In this document: piece after piece, positions 25,201 to 37,208 of the stretch
How the letters are laid out: each line of letters opens with the position of its first letter
Numbering within the stretch: the first letter of the stretch is position 1
NCBI GenBank assembly: GCA_001724265.1
Contig: MEDY01000246.1
Span: 1 to 45,620 of the forward strand
DNA: 45,620 nt
From: Rhizaria sp. SCN 62-66
Taxonomy: Eukaryota
Direction: 5' to 3'
Notes under the pieces: model-generated
What the model saw: the letters and a program-made list of their open reading frames with translations, nothing else
The model's database searches: none
Told to the model about the DNA's origin: nothing
Program-made: the position numbers and the translations under genes

Positions 25201-25564
25201 CAGATCAATTGATAACAACCATCCCTACTGCAATTGAACGTTTTGTTTTGTTTCTTTCTTCTCATCGTCAATTTTGTCATACCGGCGCAGTATTCTAGAT
25301 TCTCATTCTCACATTTCACAATACGTTCTCGTTTTTGTTTGTTCGTATATTTAGACTTCATGGGCACCGCTCGAGGCTCTTGACCTGATTACATCATTGT
25401 TGAGCCCTGACCCAGCGTTGCGCCCCACTGCTGCAGCTGCACTGAAGCACCCTTATTTTACCGGGCTGCGTTATGATGCAGTTTCTGGCGCTGTATACGA
25501 CCTTGAGGACGACGAGGCTGCTGCTATTGCTGCAGAAGCGGAAGCAGCTACTAATGCGATGTAA
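19229..25564 (+). CDS. Large Ser/Thr protein kinase, C-terminal CDC7/CK2-like domain after ~1,690 aa of low-complexity/acidic sequence; exons 19229-24853, 25007-25186, 25355-25564
   Basis: LAVK, KEVKLM, YRDIKPANVL, LIDFD, GTDGYMAPEVL, DVFSAGVVL and DLITSLLSPDPALRPTAAAALKHPYF assemble across two phase-0 GTACG...AG introns. Ends TAA. Confidence 0.88.
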
Positions 25565-25992
25565 AGTGCCAACATGGCTTTGATTTATTAAGATATTGCA
25601 CTATTTAGACTCAGTATACAACACGAATGATTAGCAAACTTTTTTAAATCAGGTTTCCATTTCCGGGTTTCGAGAAAGCAATCCTTGAAAGAATACGTAT
25701 TATTAAATTTTCTTGCATTAGCGAAAGCACGGCACTGATTAATCAAATATCACACATGTATTTGTCAAGAAGATTACATAAAGAGCTATAGTACTGATTC
25801 CTCAACTACATGTGGCAGAAACACAACAGCAAACATTCAAAAAAAAGCTATGTATTAATAAAGTCGTATAAGAACAATTGCTCATCTATCATTCTCATAT
25901 CTCGAATAGCTGGCCATACCACAAACACACTTAACAGTCATTTCCCCGTTTGCTATGCTTTGCGAGACTACCTGCTGACGCTCAATAGTTGG

Positions 25993-28900
25993 TTAATAGT
26001 TAGTTTCGGTGACCTGCGCAAGATGATATGACGTGTTAAGAGCATCTTCAGCTTCATCCAGTAGCGCGTCAACGGCGGCAGTCGCACTTCCACTCCGAGC
26101 TGGGGCCCGACGACGGCTATTGCGAGCGCGAGCCGAGACACCAATGGTGTTCTGTTGATCGATGTGGTTGCTGTTATCATGGTATAAAAAAGAAGAAAAG
26201 TGGCCATTGAATCCCTTATTGGGCGTGGCAACAAGGTCAGCAGGCACGTTTCCGTCGCTGTCAACGACTTGCTCGCCCACTGTTCCACTGCCCCACCGCT
26301 CGCCCAGAGCATCAGCGCCATTGCCAACAGCATCGGTGGCGTAGTCCCGCTCGCTTGTGATCAAACTGGTCTTGCGGACGTTGCTTGTGTTAGGATATGA
26401 GAAGCTGGTGCCTGTCTCTGGAGGCGTATCATCCCGGATTGAGGAGCTCATCGCGTGGGCGGTGGACGACAGCGGTGCGGCTGAAATAACGGTGAGCAAT
26501 CGTTGCAGGCGGCGGAGCTCTTCGGCAGCTGCTTGGGCTTCACTAAGGAATACGTCTGCTGCAGCGACTGTCACGTCAGCTGCAGCAGCATTCGCTTCGT
26601 CGTCGTCAGCAGCAGAGGCAACGTCATCAGCCATATCCACCCTCGAAGCAGTGGTCGTTGCGGTAGGACTGATTTCGGTAATGCTTGTCTCAACAACACC
26701 GGTTTGAGGCGGAAGAGGAGTTTTCTTCATCGTCGAGGTGTGCGGGTAAGCCTGCGCAATCGAGCTGGCAAATGCACGAGCTGATGTCGGGGCAGTGCCC
26801 GGCAAGCCGCGCGCGGAAATCACGTGAGCGGCAGAATGATCGTGCGCAGATTGCAACTCAAAATGCGTTGCGTCGATGGCATTTGAGGACGCTGACGCAG
26901 CAGCAGAGACTGCGGCAGCAGCATCGGGAACAAAGGTTTGACACCCACTCACTGGAAGCGGCAGCGCAGTGACAGTGGCTGTTGGCGATAGCTGTGCCGT
27001 GACAGGTGCTGCGACACGAGCGAAAGCAGGGCCAGGCACAGGCATGGCCGGGTTGCCATCCCCGTCGTCTTCATCACCTCCGTCAGCAGCGTATTGCTTA
27101 CGATTGTCGCTGTCGCTATCATCTGCGTCGTCGTCGTCATCGTCACGACAGTCGCTCCCACGATTGCCGTCGTTGTTATCATCGTCAGAATAGTCGCACG
27201 AGTCGTAGCTATCCGCGTCACTATTGCGACTGCTGGCGTCGCAGTCGCTGTGGTCTTCATCACCGCTATCGCTGTTGCCTGAGTCCCCCACTTCCGCCGC
27301 CGCTGCCCGCTTAATCGCGCTTACGAACTCCGCACTCAGCACCACGCGACTGCCGTTGGCCGCGGCCGCCCCACTCGCCGCCGCCCCGCCCGTGACGCTA
27401 TGGCGTGCAGAGAGAGGCAGCGGCGCCGGCGCCTCTACGATCGTGTCCCGGCCGCGGTCGGCGCCCGCGCGCCGCTGCTCGCGCCGGCCCAGCTCGATGG
27501 CCGCGCGCAAACGCGCCTCGCGCTCGGCCTTGTCTGCGGCAGCAGTGCGGGGCTTCCCACGCAGCGAGCCCCCATGGGTCGCGTCCTGGACAAACGCGGC
27601 CGATATCGGACTGTTGCCGGCGGCACTAGAAGCGGCGCTTGCGTTTGCGAGGTTGTGGCGGCGGTGGCGGCGGACGCGCGAGTGCGCACGCTTCACAGCT
27701 GCAGCGACTGCGGCAGCCACGGCAGCGGCCGCCTCGGGCCCAAGCCCGGCGGACGCAGCAGCAGCCGCGGCGGCCTGTTGCTTCTGGTGGGTATGCTGGC
27801 GGCGCGGCTTCTCGCTGCTCTCGCCGGCGTTGGCGGGACTCGCGGCAGCCGCAGCAGCGGCCGCAAGGGCACGCTGGCGCGCGTGCGCAATGCGGGCGTC
27901 GCGGCGGATGGCAGCGGCGCTGGCAATCGCGGTCAAAGCACCAGCAGCATCCGCCGCAGGGTCAGCTCGAAGGCCCAACTCTGCAGCAGCGGGATGGGAC
28001 GCCGGCGCAGGGAGCGGCGGCGGCAGTGAGCTAAAAGGTCTCTGGCCAGCCGTGTCGCTGCTGTAAGAGAGTGTGTGCGCACTGTCGTCCATGCGGCTCG
28101 CGTGTTTGTGGTAACTCTGAGCAGGAACAGGTGAACGCGCAGTGGCTGCAGCGACGGCCGCGGCTGCTTCGGCAACCGCGCTGACCACACCGGTCACGCC
28201 AACAGTCCCCGATGCAGCCGGAAGCGCCGCCCGCGTCTCGCCCATAGTAGCGCTCACCGGTGGTGCAAGGTCCGCCAGCAAGGCTGTCGCGGCGGCCCCG
28301 CGCGCGTCGAGGGACTCCTTGAGCGCAACCCAGCGCGTCTGCATGTGCGAGAAGCGCGGGGACAGCCCCGTGGGCGTGGCCGGTGACGCGAACGGCAGTG
28401 GCGCGGGGCGGGACGTGGACGTCGCTGCCAAAGCGGGGGCGGTGCGCGGGGGCAGCGGGAGCGGGGGCACGTGGGCGTGCATGTGAGCGGGGAAGGGCAG
28501 CGGCAGCGGCAAGGATGTCTGTTGGGGAGGAGTCATGGTCGGCTGCACAGTGCTGCTGCGGCGCGGGCGATCGTGGACAGGTGAGCTAGCGGGCCAGTGC
28601 GGCTGCGGAAGCCACGATGAGTCATCGCCCTTGACAAAGCCACTGTAGTTGATGTTGCCGTCGTGCTGGTGTTGCAGCAACTCACCGCGAGCATTGCTCT
28701 CGTAGTCGTCTCCCCAGCGGCCGTCAGAAACGCTGGCATAGTCGGCGCTATTATGAGCCCCGTTATGTCCACGAGCGGGGGCAAACAGGCTCGCAGCAGT
28801 GGACATCGCAGTGTGCTCAACTCCGCGTTGCTCAAGCCCACCGTGCCCGGCGTCACTGGTATTCACGGCCGTTGCGTTCGTGGTCGAGACAGACAGCAAC

Positions 28901-30769
28901 GCTTGTAAGCGCGACAGGAGATACGCAGCCTCCTCAGCAGGTGGCAGAGAGCCCGGTGCCGGCACTGCGGCTGCGCCCGGCTCTGCGTTTGTGGTGCCTG
29001 GCACAGGCGCGGCGACGGGAGACCCGGGCGGCTGCGAGTCGAGGGGAGCGAACCACGAACGCGCACTGTCACGGCGCTCGCTGCCACAATCTTTCTCACG
29101 ATCATCAAGGTCCTCGGTGCCAAACGCCTTGGGCTTGGACTGCGAGCGCGCCTGAGAGTGAGCGCTCTCAATACCACTGGCTTTGCTCTTGGCACCCTGA
29201 GTCCTGACGGCATCATTAACAGGTTTAGAGCTGCTCCCAGCCGGGCCCAGCGCGGCACGGGCTCCCGCGCGACGAGACGGCAAGGTGAAGCTGCTGTTCA
29301 CAGCGACATGGCCCTCTGCATTAGCTGCGGCCGCTGCAGCGGCGGTGGCAGCGCGCGCCCTGGCCCGCGCTGCGGCAACGGCGGACACGGGCGCTAGCTT
29401 CTCAGAACCATCGGTGTTTCCGCTATCGTTCTCGCTGTTGTTATCAGCTTCATCGGCCTTGTTGTGCTTCGCGCGCAGCCGCAGCAGCGCAGCGGACGGC
29501 GCCACCGTCGCCCCAGGAACGCTACAGTTCGCAACACCGCTGCCTTTGACGGCGTTAAAGCCGTTGGTACTCGCCGCGTTGTTTGTCGCAGTCGCGCGGA
29601 GCGGGGTCCGTGAGCGGGCACCGGGGCGCGCGGCGGAACCTGGCCGGGACTGCGGCCGGGGGCTGGGGCCCGTCGTTGGAGAGCGCAGTTCCGCGCGGCT
29701 CGAGCTCGCACTGGAGTCCTGGCCGGCCTGTGCGCTGCCACGAGGGGAAATCTTCGCGGCAGGAAAAGCTGGTGACTTCTGCACCGACCTTGTCTTGTCA
29801 GCAGCGGCTACGTCAGCGGTCGCTGCGGTCACCGGAGCTTTTGAGTCAGTCGCGGCAGCCGTGGCCGTCGGAGCGTTTGGAGCCCGGCCCATGCTGCCAG
29901 AGTCATTACGGACTTCGGCGAGCGCGTGGCCAACGCTGTTGTTGAGCGGCCGCGCCGCGGAGGAAAGCTCTGCGCGGCGTGTGTTGATGTACTTGTTCAC
30001 CAGCGCCACGACGTCGGACGCGCCGACTGCAGTGCTTGCACCGACACCGCCCAAGTGACCATGGGCGCCGTTGGGCTGGCGCTGCATTGCGCTGCTGCTG
30101 CGACTGCTGCTAATGTTGTTGAAATAGGACGAGTCCATTGTTGTGTTTGCGTTGATAGCGGTGCCATCGTTGCCCGCGACACTAGCAGTGGCAAACCGCG
30201 CTACCAGCGCCTCCACCTCACTCTCGTGTGCGGCTCCCGGCGCCCCAGCGCGGCGCGGGCTGTCGTCCAGCGCGGCGCGGCGGGGACTCGCCCCCATAGT
30301 AACGTGGCGGGGGCGCGGTGACAGCCGCCTGGTCGCCTGCGAAGTGTCTAGCCGCGCGCGCCCGGGCCAGACAGCGCCCGCCAGCCGCACGCGGGCCGGG
30401 CTGGCCGCCGGGCGCGCGGCGGCGGTGAGCGCGGCGACTGTGGGCGCGGCGGCCGTGGCGCGCACTCTCTCCGCGTCCGCGTCCGCATCGGTGTGTGACG
30501 TCGCGCTGCCGCGAGGAGCGGCTGCGGCCGAGGAGGCCGGTTTGGGGCTCGAGCCAGGGCGCGCAACCGTGCGAGGTGAGCGGGAGGAAGCGGTCGCGCT
30601 GCTCACCTGCGCGCTGCGAGAGGGGGCGCGGGGGCTAACGCGCGCTGAGCGACCGCCCACTGTCACGTTGCTGCCCGCGCCCGCGTTGCGAGGGGACACC
30701 GGCCTCGGCATGGCGCTCGCTTCTGGCACGGGATTCACAAGGGCGGCATCCGTGGCGAGCGGACTCTCA

Positions 30770-30810
<41 letters not shown>

Positions 30811-31761
30811 AGGGCTGCTGCTGCCGACCGCGGTCGCAGCAGGCGCCGTCGAAGCGCTAGCTGGGATCGCTAGAGCCACGCCGCGGCGCTGCTGCTCAAG
30901 CCGCACAATGTCATCGAGACCCATCAGAGCTCCGCCGCCGCCACCGCCGCCGCCGCCGCCACCACTGCTGCTGTTGCTGTTGCTGTTGCCGGCGCCGACG
31001 CCGTTGCCGGCAGTGGCGGTGGCGGTGGCGGTGGAGCTGGGGCGGGCGAACGGGTTGGCCCGGCCGCGAACACTGCCGCCGCCGTCGCTGCTGCTGCTCG
31101 TCGTGACGGCGTCGCCGTGGTGGGACGCAGGGCCCTCGTAGCCGTGAGCAGCATAGCTGTGAGCAGAGGGACCGTGGGTAGAGTGCACGTGTGCGAAGTG
31201 ACCGTGGGCGGGCGCCGGCGCGCGCAGCGGCGGGGCGGGCGGCCCGTGCAGGGGCCCACCCAGCGCGGGCAGCGGCAGCACGCCGAAGCCCGGGACCGCG
31301 CCAGTCGCCGCGGCCGCAGCAGCAGGGGGGGCGGACTGCGGGTGAGGGCGGAGGGGGGTTGCGAACGCGAGCCCGGCCCCGGGCGCCGCCAGCGCGCGGG
31401 GCGGGGCCGCGATCTCGCCGCGCTTAAACGAGGGGATAGAGACAACCACGGGGGCGGCTGTGGCGGGGTGTGGTGCGGGGAGTGCAGCGGAGTTGAGGCC
31501 TGCAGTGAAGCTGTAGTTGCTGTGGGAGGCTGCGGTGGAGGTGTTGTTGGCGAAGGTGCGGGAGATGTCCAGAAACGAGTCGAGGTGGCTCTGCATGGTA
31601 GCAACGGGAGTCGCAGTAGCTTGGGTAAGAGGCTCGGCATCTCGGATCTGTCCCAAGTTCAGAGGGAACGTTGGGTGGGACTGGGGGACCGATGCGACAG
31701 CAAACGGGTTGGCTGTGCCATTCCTGCCACTTCTGATTTCAAACTCAGGCGGAGAGTACAT
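25993..31761 (-). CDS. ~1,920-aa intronless, largely disordered Ala/Ser/Pro-rich protein of unknown function
   Basis: Uninterrupted 5.8-kb ORF with the local coding codon bias. First ATG at 31761; an upstream acceptor-like TCAG means an earlier exon is possible. Ends TAA. Confidence 0.75.
30770..30810. repeat. (GCC)n microsatellite encoding poly-Ala
   Basis: About 13 perfect units read directly. Confidence 0.9.
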
Positions 31762-32080
31762 CAGAGTCACGCCTGATTCAAAATTAATTAAGAGATATAA
31801 ATCAATTGCAATGTTAGTATTTGCACATCGAACAACACTTCTATAGTCGGAGTGTTCACATCAGGAAATTATCCTCAAGTTTGAAATTTCAATCGAGTCG
31901 ACACAGTGGCTTGACTGACAACGGCTCTGCGATGCCGCCAAACAAGCTATTATTCTACACATCTCATCAAAACGGACGAGACTAGAGCGAATATTAGAAT
32001 AAACATTTTTTTGTTTTATTTAGATCACTATGTATCATTGTTGCATCGCAGAGCCCCCGTATGATACGGTATATCCACTG

Positions 32081-35000
32081 TTACATTTTCCCAACCTGAG
32101 TGAAGGGGATGCTGACGCGGCCGAAGGACCCCACGGGAACACCCGCCGTGGCGAACTGCAGCGGCCGCGGGTCGTCGCCCAGCGGGGGGCGCGTGCCTGC
32201 CGCGTCCTCGCCCGCCGCCAGCGCGGTCACCTCGCGCTCGCGCGCTTCAGCGGCCGCGCGCAGCAGTGGGAACGCCAGCGGCAGCGTTGTTGCGACCACA
32301 GCGTGCAGCACTTCGTCGATCGTGGCCTAAGAAGAAAACAAGAAAACAACATATAAAGAGACGAAAGAGACATTCAGCGTAAGCACATTCAGTTCAGATA
32401 TTTTTGAAACACACAAATCGCTATTCATGAAAAATAACAATTCATCGCACAAGGTGCGTTCTCATCACGTACGTCCACGGCTGCCTGCGCGCCCCAGGTG
32501 GGGTCGCCCGCGGGGTCGGCCCAGGCCGCGGGCGCGTCCCTGCGTGGGAACAACGCGTCGTAGGCCTCGATGTTGACCGCGTACACGGCGTCGAGGTACC
32601 GCAACAGCTGCAGCATGAGCACCTGACGCAGCGGCGCGACGGCCGCCTCGAGAGTCTTGAGTAGCGACACCAGGCTCGAGTGCAGCAGGTGCGCGAGACC
32701 GGCGTGCGCGTGCGCCAGCGGCGGCCGCGTGCGCAGCGCGAAGGGCGTGCGCAGCGTCGCGCGCACGCGCCGCGCGGGCGTGGCCGCGCACAGCGACACG
32801 AACAGCGGCGTCGGCAGCTGCAGTGAGGCCACGGACGTCGCGCTCGCGCTCGCGCCCGCACTTGCACTCGCATTCGCGCTTGCGCTGCCAACGCCTGTCG
32901 CGGGATTTGGCGTGCTGCCGTTGCTACTAACGTTGCTGCCCGGGATAGGCTTGTTGTTGTCTGCGCTACTGGTCGAATTGACGCGATTCGAGCCACCACC
33001 GGTATTGCAGTTGCCGCCGCTGCCGCTGCTCGAGGCCGCGGGTGATAAGGTGGACAGCACAGCGGTGGGCGTGGCAATGGCGAACGGCGCAAATGCGGAG
33101 TATGTCATCACGGGCGGCGCGCGCGCGGGCAGCGACACGTGCAACGCGACCAGCCGGGCCGCGGCCAGCTAGGCGCGGCGCAGCGCCACGAGGCGGGCGG
33201 CGCTGTGTGGAGATTGATAGAGCGTTGAAAATAACATGTAGCACGGTATATGTGAGTATTTCAACATGGATTGGTTTCAAATATATGATATTAAGACATA
33301 ATACAAGATACATAAGCAACGTATTGAGATATCTCTTTGTTATAAGACTAAGTGAAGAAACGTACCGCGCATCGGCGTTGCTTGCGTCGCCGCCAGTGCG
33401 GCCGCCCTTACCGGCCGCCGCGACCTCGGTCTCGGCAACCTCGGCCACGATCGCGGCCGTGTCGTCGGGGTCACCCAGCGCCGCCGCGCGCGCCTCCGCT
33501 GCAGCCGAGGGCGCCGCGACGGGTCCTTCGTCCGAGACGAGGTTTGCGCGGCAGTTGGGGTCGAGTCCCGCGGTGACCGACCCGGGGGCGCACTCGCCCG
33601 CGCCCGTCGCGGCGGCCAGCGCGGCGGCAGCGCGCGCGGTGGCCAGCGCGCGGCCCGCGGCGGCGGCGGCGGCGGCGGCCACGGGCGGCAGCTGGTGGGG
33701 CTGTGTAGCGACGAGCACGAGCGCCGAGGAGGCTACCACGGCGGCCACGTCGGTCGTCACTGGGACCGAGAGCGCCGCCAGCGCCTGGCACGCCGCCGTC
33801 GTGGGCCGCCGCGTCGCCACCGAGAGGCGCGAGGGCACCACCACGTCGCGCTCCAGCAGAGACTGGAGCACATCGGGGTTCGCAAAAAAAAGGCAAGGGA
33901 AAGCGTGAGAGAAATACAGAATATGAGTGGCATGTTTAAGACGAAGCATAATCATTGAACAATCCCTTGTAAGAAATGCATTGTTGATGCGAAGCCGTAC
34001 CTTGGCAACGAGCGCGCCGACGCGGCCGCAGCCGATGAGTCCGACTGTGAAAGGCTGCAGAAGGGCCACTGAGCCGGGCGCCGGGGCGATCATCACGGGC
34101 AGGCCCGCCCCGGCCCCCACAGCGCCCACCGCGGCGCCAGCGCCAGTGTTGACCGCGCCAATGCCGGCGCCTGCGGTAACACCGGCGTTGGCGACAGCGC
34201 CGAGACTGCCAGTCGAGCTCGAGTTATTGTTGTTGTTATTGTTGGTAAGACTGCTAGCGCTGATGCGGCTGATCGGCGGGAGGACGAGTGCGTCCGTGCT
34301 GCTGCTGTTGCTGCTCATGCTGGCCAAGTGGCCGTGCGCAAGACTGCCGTGCCCGAGCCCCAGTCCGTGGCCGTGACCGTGGGGCGACAGCAGAGGCGCG
34401 TCAACTCGGCCCCAGTACCCTTTGGCGGCGCCTCGCACGGCACCACGGCCCGCGCCCAGACCGGCGTCGGGGACTGCGTCCGCGCTCATACTCGCGCCCG
34501 CGGCCGCAGAGGCGGCGGTAGAGGCAGAGACAGGGACCGCAAGGGCTGACGCGCTCCCAACAGCGCCGACGCCGGTGCCGAGACTGGTCGTGCGCTTGGA
34601 TGGGCCCAGCGGCTGAGGCTGGGGGCGGCCGACAGCGAACGCGGTCGCAGTGCTGCCAGCGATGGTGTTTGCGGTTGTATTGATAGCTGTAGAGCGAGAG
34701 GAGGAGGACGAGTCGCTCAGTGCGCGCTGCCGCAGGTCGGCGAGGCTGAGAGGGGAGCAAACAAGACAAAAAAAGACAAAGATGGGAACAGAGAATTAAT
34801 ATAGATATTGAGAGGTAATAAACACGCAGATGTTAATCGGAAAACGATTTTACAATGAACAAGAAGTAAGGTAAATTCAAGATTCTAACGCCATAGTCAA
34901 ATTTCGATGTTGAGTCACCATTTTAGCGTTGATAAGCGAGGCGTACCCGAGTTTTTCGACCCAAGCGTCGTGGCGGCGCAGTGCGGCCTGATGCGCGGCG

Positions 35001-35172
35001 TGCGCGACGAGCGGCCAGAGCGCGCGCGCGAGCGTGGCGACCGCGGCCGTCTGCTCCGCAATCGCCTCCATCGCGAAGGCGTAGGATGAGGAGAAGAGCG
35101 GCGCGATGGCGTCGGCACCCAGTCCGCCCGTGACGCCCAGACCCAGACCCTGACCGAACGTCTGCGGGGACG

Positions 35173-35211
<39 letters not shown>

Positions 35212-36478
35212 GCTCTTGCTGCTGGCGGGCCGCTGCGAAGGCCGAGGGCGCGGCCCAGAGAGGCGCCGGATCTGGCAGCTGCAGCGGCGTCGTGAAGGTC
35301 AGCGGCGGCGCGGCGGGGGCAGCGGCAGCAGCAGGGGCCGCGATAATGGTCGCAGGGACAGGAACAGTCGCGCTCTCTGTCGCAGGCGCAGTCTCCGCGC
35401 CGGCCGCATTCGTGCTTGCGTGGGCGCTCACACCGTTGTTTCCAGCAGCAGTCGCCGGCGCGGTCGAGGCCGCGGTTGCGCCCGTGGCCGAGGCAGTGGG
35501 CGTGGCAGCCGGGGTGGTCGACAGCGCGATTGAGAGGCCCTGCGGTGGCTGCAGCTGACTGTGCGCCGGTGATCCGAGCTGGGAACCAGCGGCCAACGCC
35601 AAGGCAGAGGCTGAGGCCGGGGCTAAGGCGGGGGCAGCAGCGACGGTTGCGATCGCGTTTGATGTTGCAGCATCACTGCTTGACACAGAGGCTTCGAGAA
35701 CAGCACTGTCGTTGTTAAGGGTCTTCTGGTTCCTCAACGCAGCAACATTATTTGTCTCGGGGACAACTTGAGAAGAATCAGCAACCTTTGCCTCCGCATC
35801 GTCGGCCTCAGCCTCAGCCTCAGCTTCGGCAACTGGCGCCTCAGCTTGTGCCTTTGACAGAGCACGGGCCGCCCGGCGCTCCTGTCGCTCCTGCCGCTTC
35901 ACCTGCCGCACCGCGCGGCGGGCCTCACGCGCGGCAATGTGCTCTAAGTCGACAGTGTCACCCTGCTGCTGTTGCTCGGCGTCGGCGTCAGCGTCGTCGT
36001 CGTCGTAGTCGTCGTAGTCACCTTCGCCGTCACCGTGGTAGTCGTCGTCGTTGAGCTCGTAGTCCTCGTCCTCGTCGCCGTGGAGCTCGCAGTCGCCGTG
36101 CTCACAGTCGGCGCAGTCCCCAGCGTCGTCGATGTCATCGTCGCCATCATATCGGCCGCGGTTGCTGCGCTGCTGCTGCTTGTGCTGCTGCTGCCTGCGT
36201 TGCTCGCGCCTCAGCCGCCGCTGCTCCTGCTCATGCGCCAGCTGCGCCTGCTGGAGGGACGCCGTGGTGCGGCTACTGCGCGCGGAAACCGAGGGCGCCC
36301 ACCGCGCCGCCGCGATGCCCGGGGCCGCGAAGGTGACGAGCGCAGGCGTGTAGCCGCTGTCGGCGTGCGAGAGGGACCCCGCGCGGCCGCCGCCAGTGCC
36401 CGCGTCCACCGCCGAGCCGGAGTCGAGGGCGTGGTCGCTCTGCAGCAGCTGGTGCGCGCGAGAGAGAAGGGCGTCCAT
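32081..36478 (-). CDS. NOXRED1-like / P5C-reductase-family NAD(P)-binding protein with long low-complexity insertions; exons 36478-34947, 34745-34001, 33862-33366, 33202-32473, 32326-32081; one in-frame TAG at 33171-33169
   Basis: Rossmann motif TVGLIGCGRVG followed after splicing by SLLERDVVVPSRLSVATRRP and LVLVATQPHQL, which resemble NOXRED1. Four phase-consistent GTACG...AG introns. Final stop TAA. Confidence 0.75.
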
Positions 36479-37208
36479 GTTGGGGCGGCCCCTCGAGGCT
36501 CGATCAGAGATGTGTGCGAGAGGCAGGAGGGAGGAACGTGACTGGTGGTGTCAAGTAACGACTCTTTCGAGACTGGCAATCGGTCTGAGAAAGAGTGACC
36601 TGTAAAAGGGCTATAGTAAGACGTGGGTAGATATAATAAAGGAATAATAGAATTGGCTTCGGATTCATTAAGATACAGTTGCCTATGTTTAAATTAACGG
36701 ATAATGCATCTCTGTAGAGAGGCGTTTGTGAAGGCTTCATGAGTGGGTCTCCCTGAGGTTCGTAAAAAGTGCCGAGGCAAATTTTGACCGCCGACTGTCC
36801 TGCAGGCTGGCCGACCGATGACGGGGATGCATGGTGAGCGTCGTGACGCACATGGACAGGCTGGCGAAAGGAATTAAACGAGGATGCAGGGACGTGAAGG
36901 ACCGTTAGCCGGACATAACGCAATTTGTCTGATGGCTCGTTTGCCTTTTGTTTGTCAATTACAATTTTGATTCTGCATTCCGCTCGCTGGCCGGCGTATG
37001 ACTCACTTGAACACACGCACATGCTTTTGCCCCTCGCACTGCCCCAGCCCGTTTCTTTCTACGCCAACTTCAACGATATATATCTCCGCCACATCATAAT
37101 TCAAACGGACAACCAGTTACCTACTTTTATTGCATGCCGTAATCCACTGGTATTCTCACGTAACATCTCCCCCTTTGTGTAAATATTCCCAATTTGCGAA
37201 GAACTGCA

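Noticed and set aside
31762..32100. Fusion of the NOXRED1-like gene to the downstream ~1,920-aa ORF by splicing
   Set aside because: The only candidate donor (CAG|GTTGGG, phase 0) does not match the phase of the acceptor near 31773 or the donor consensus. They are treated as separate genes.
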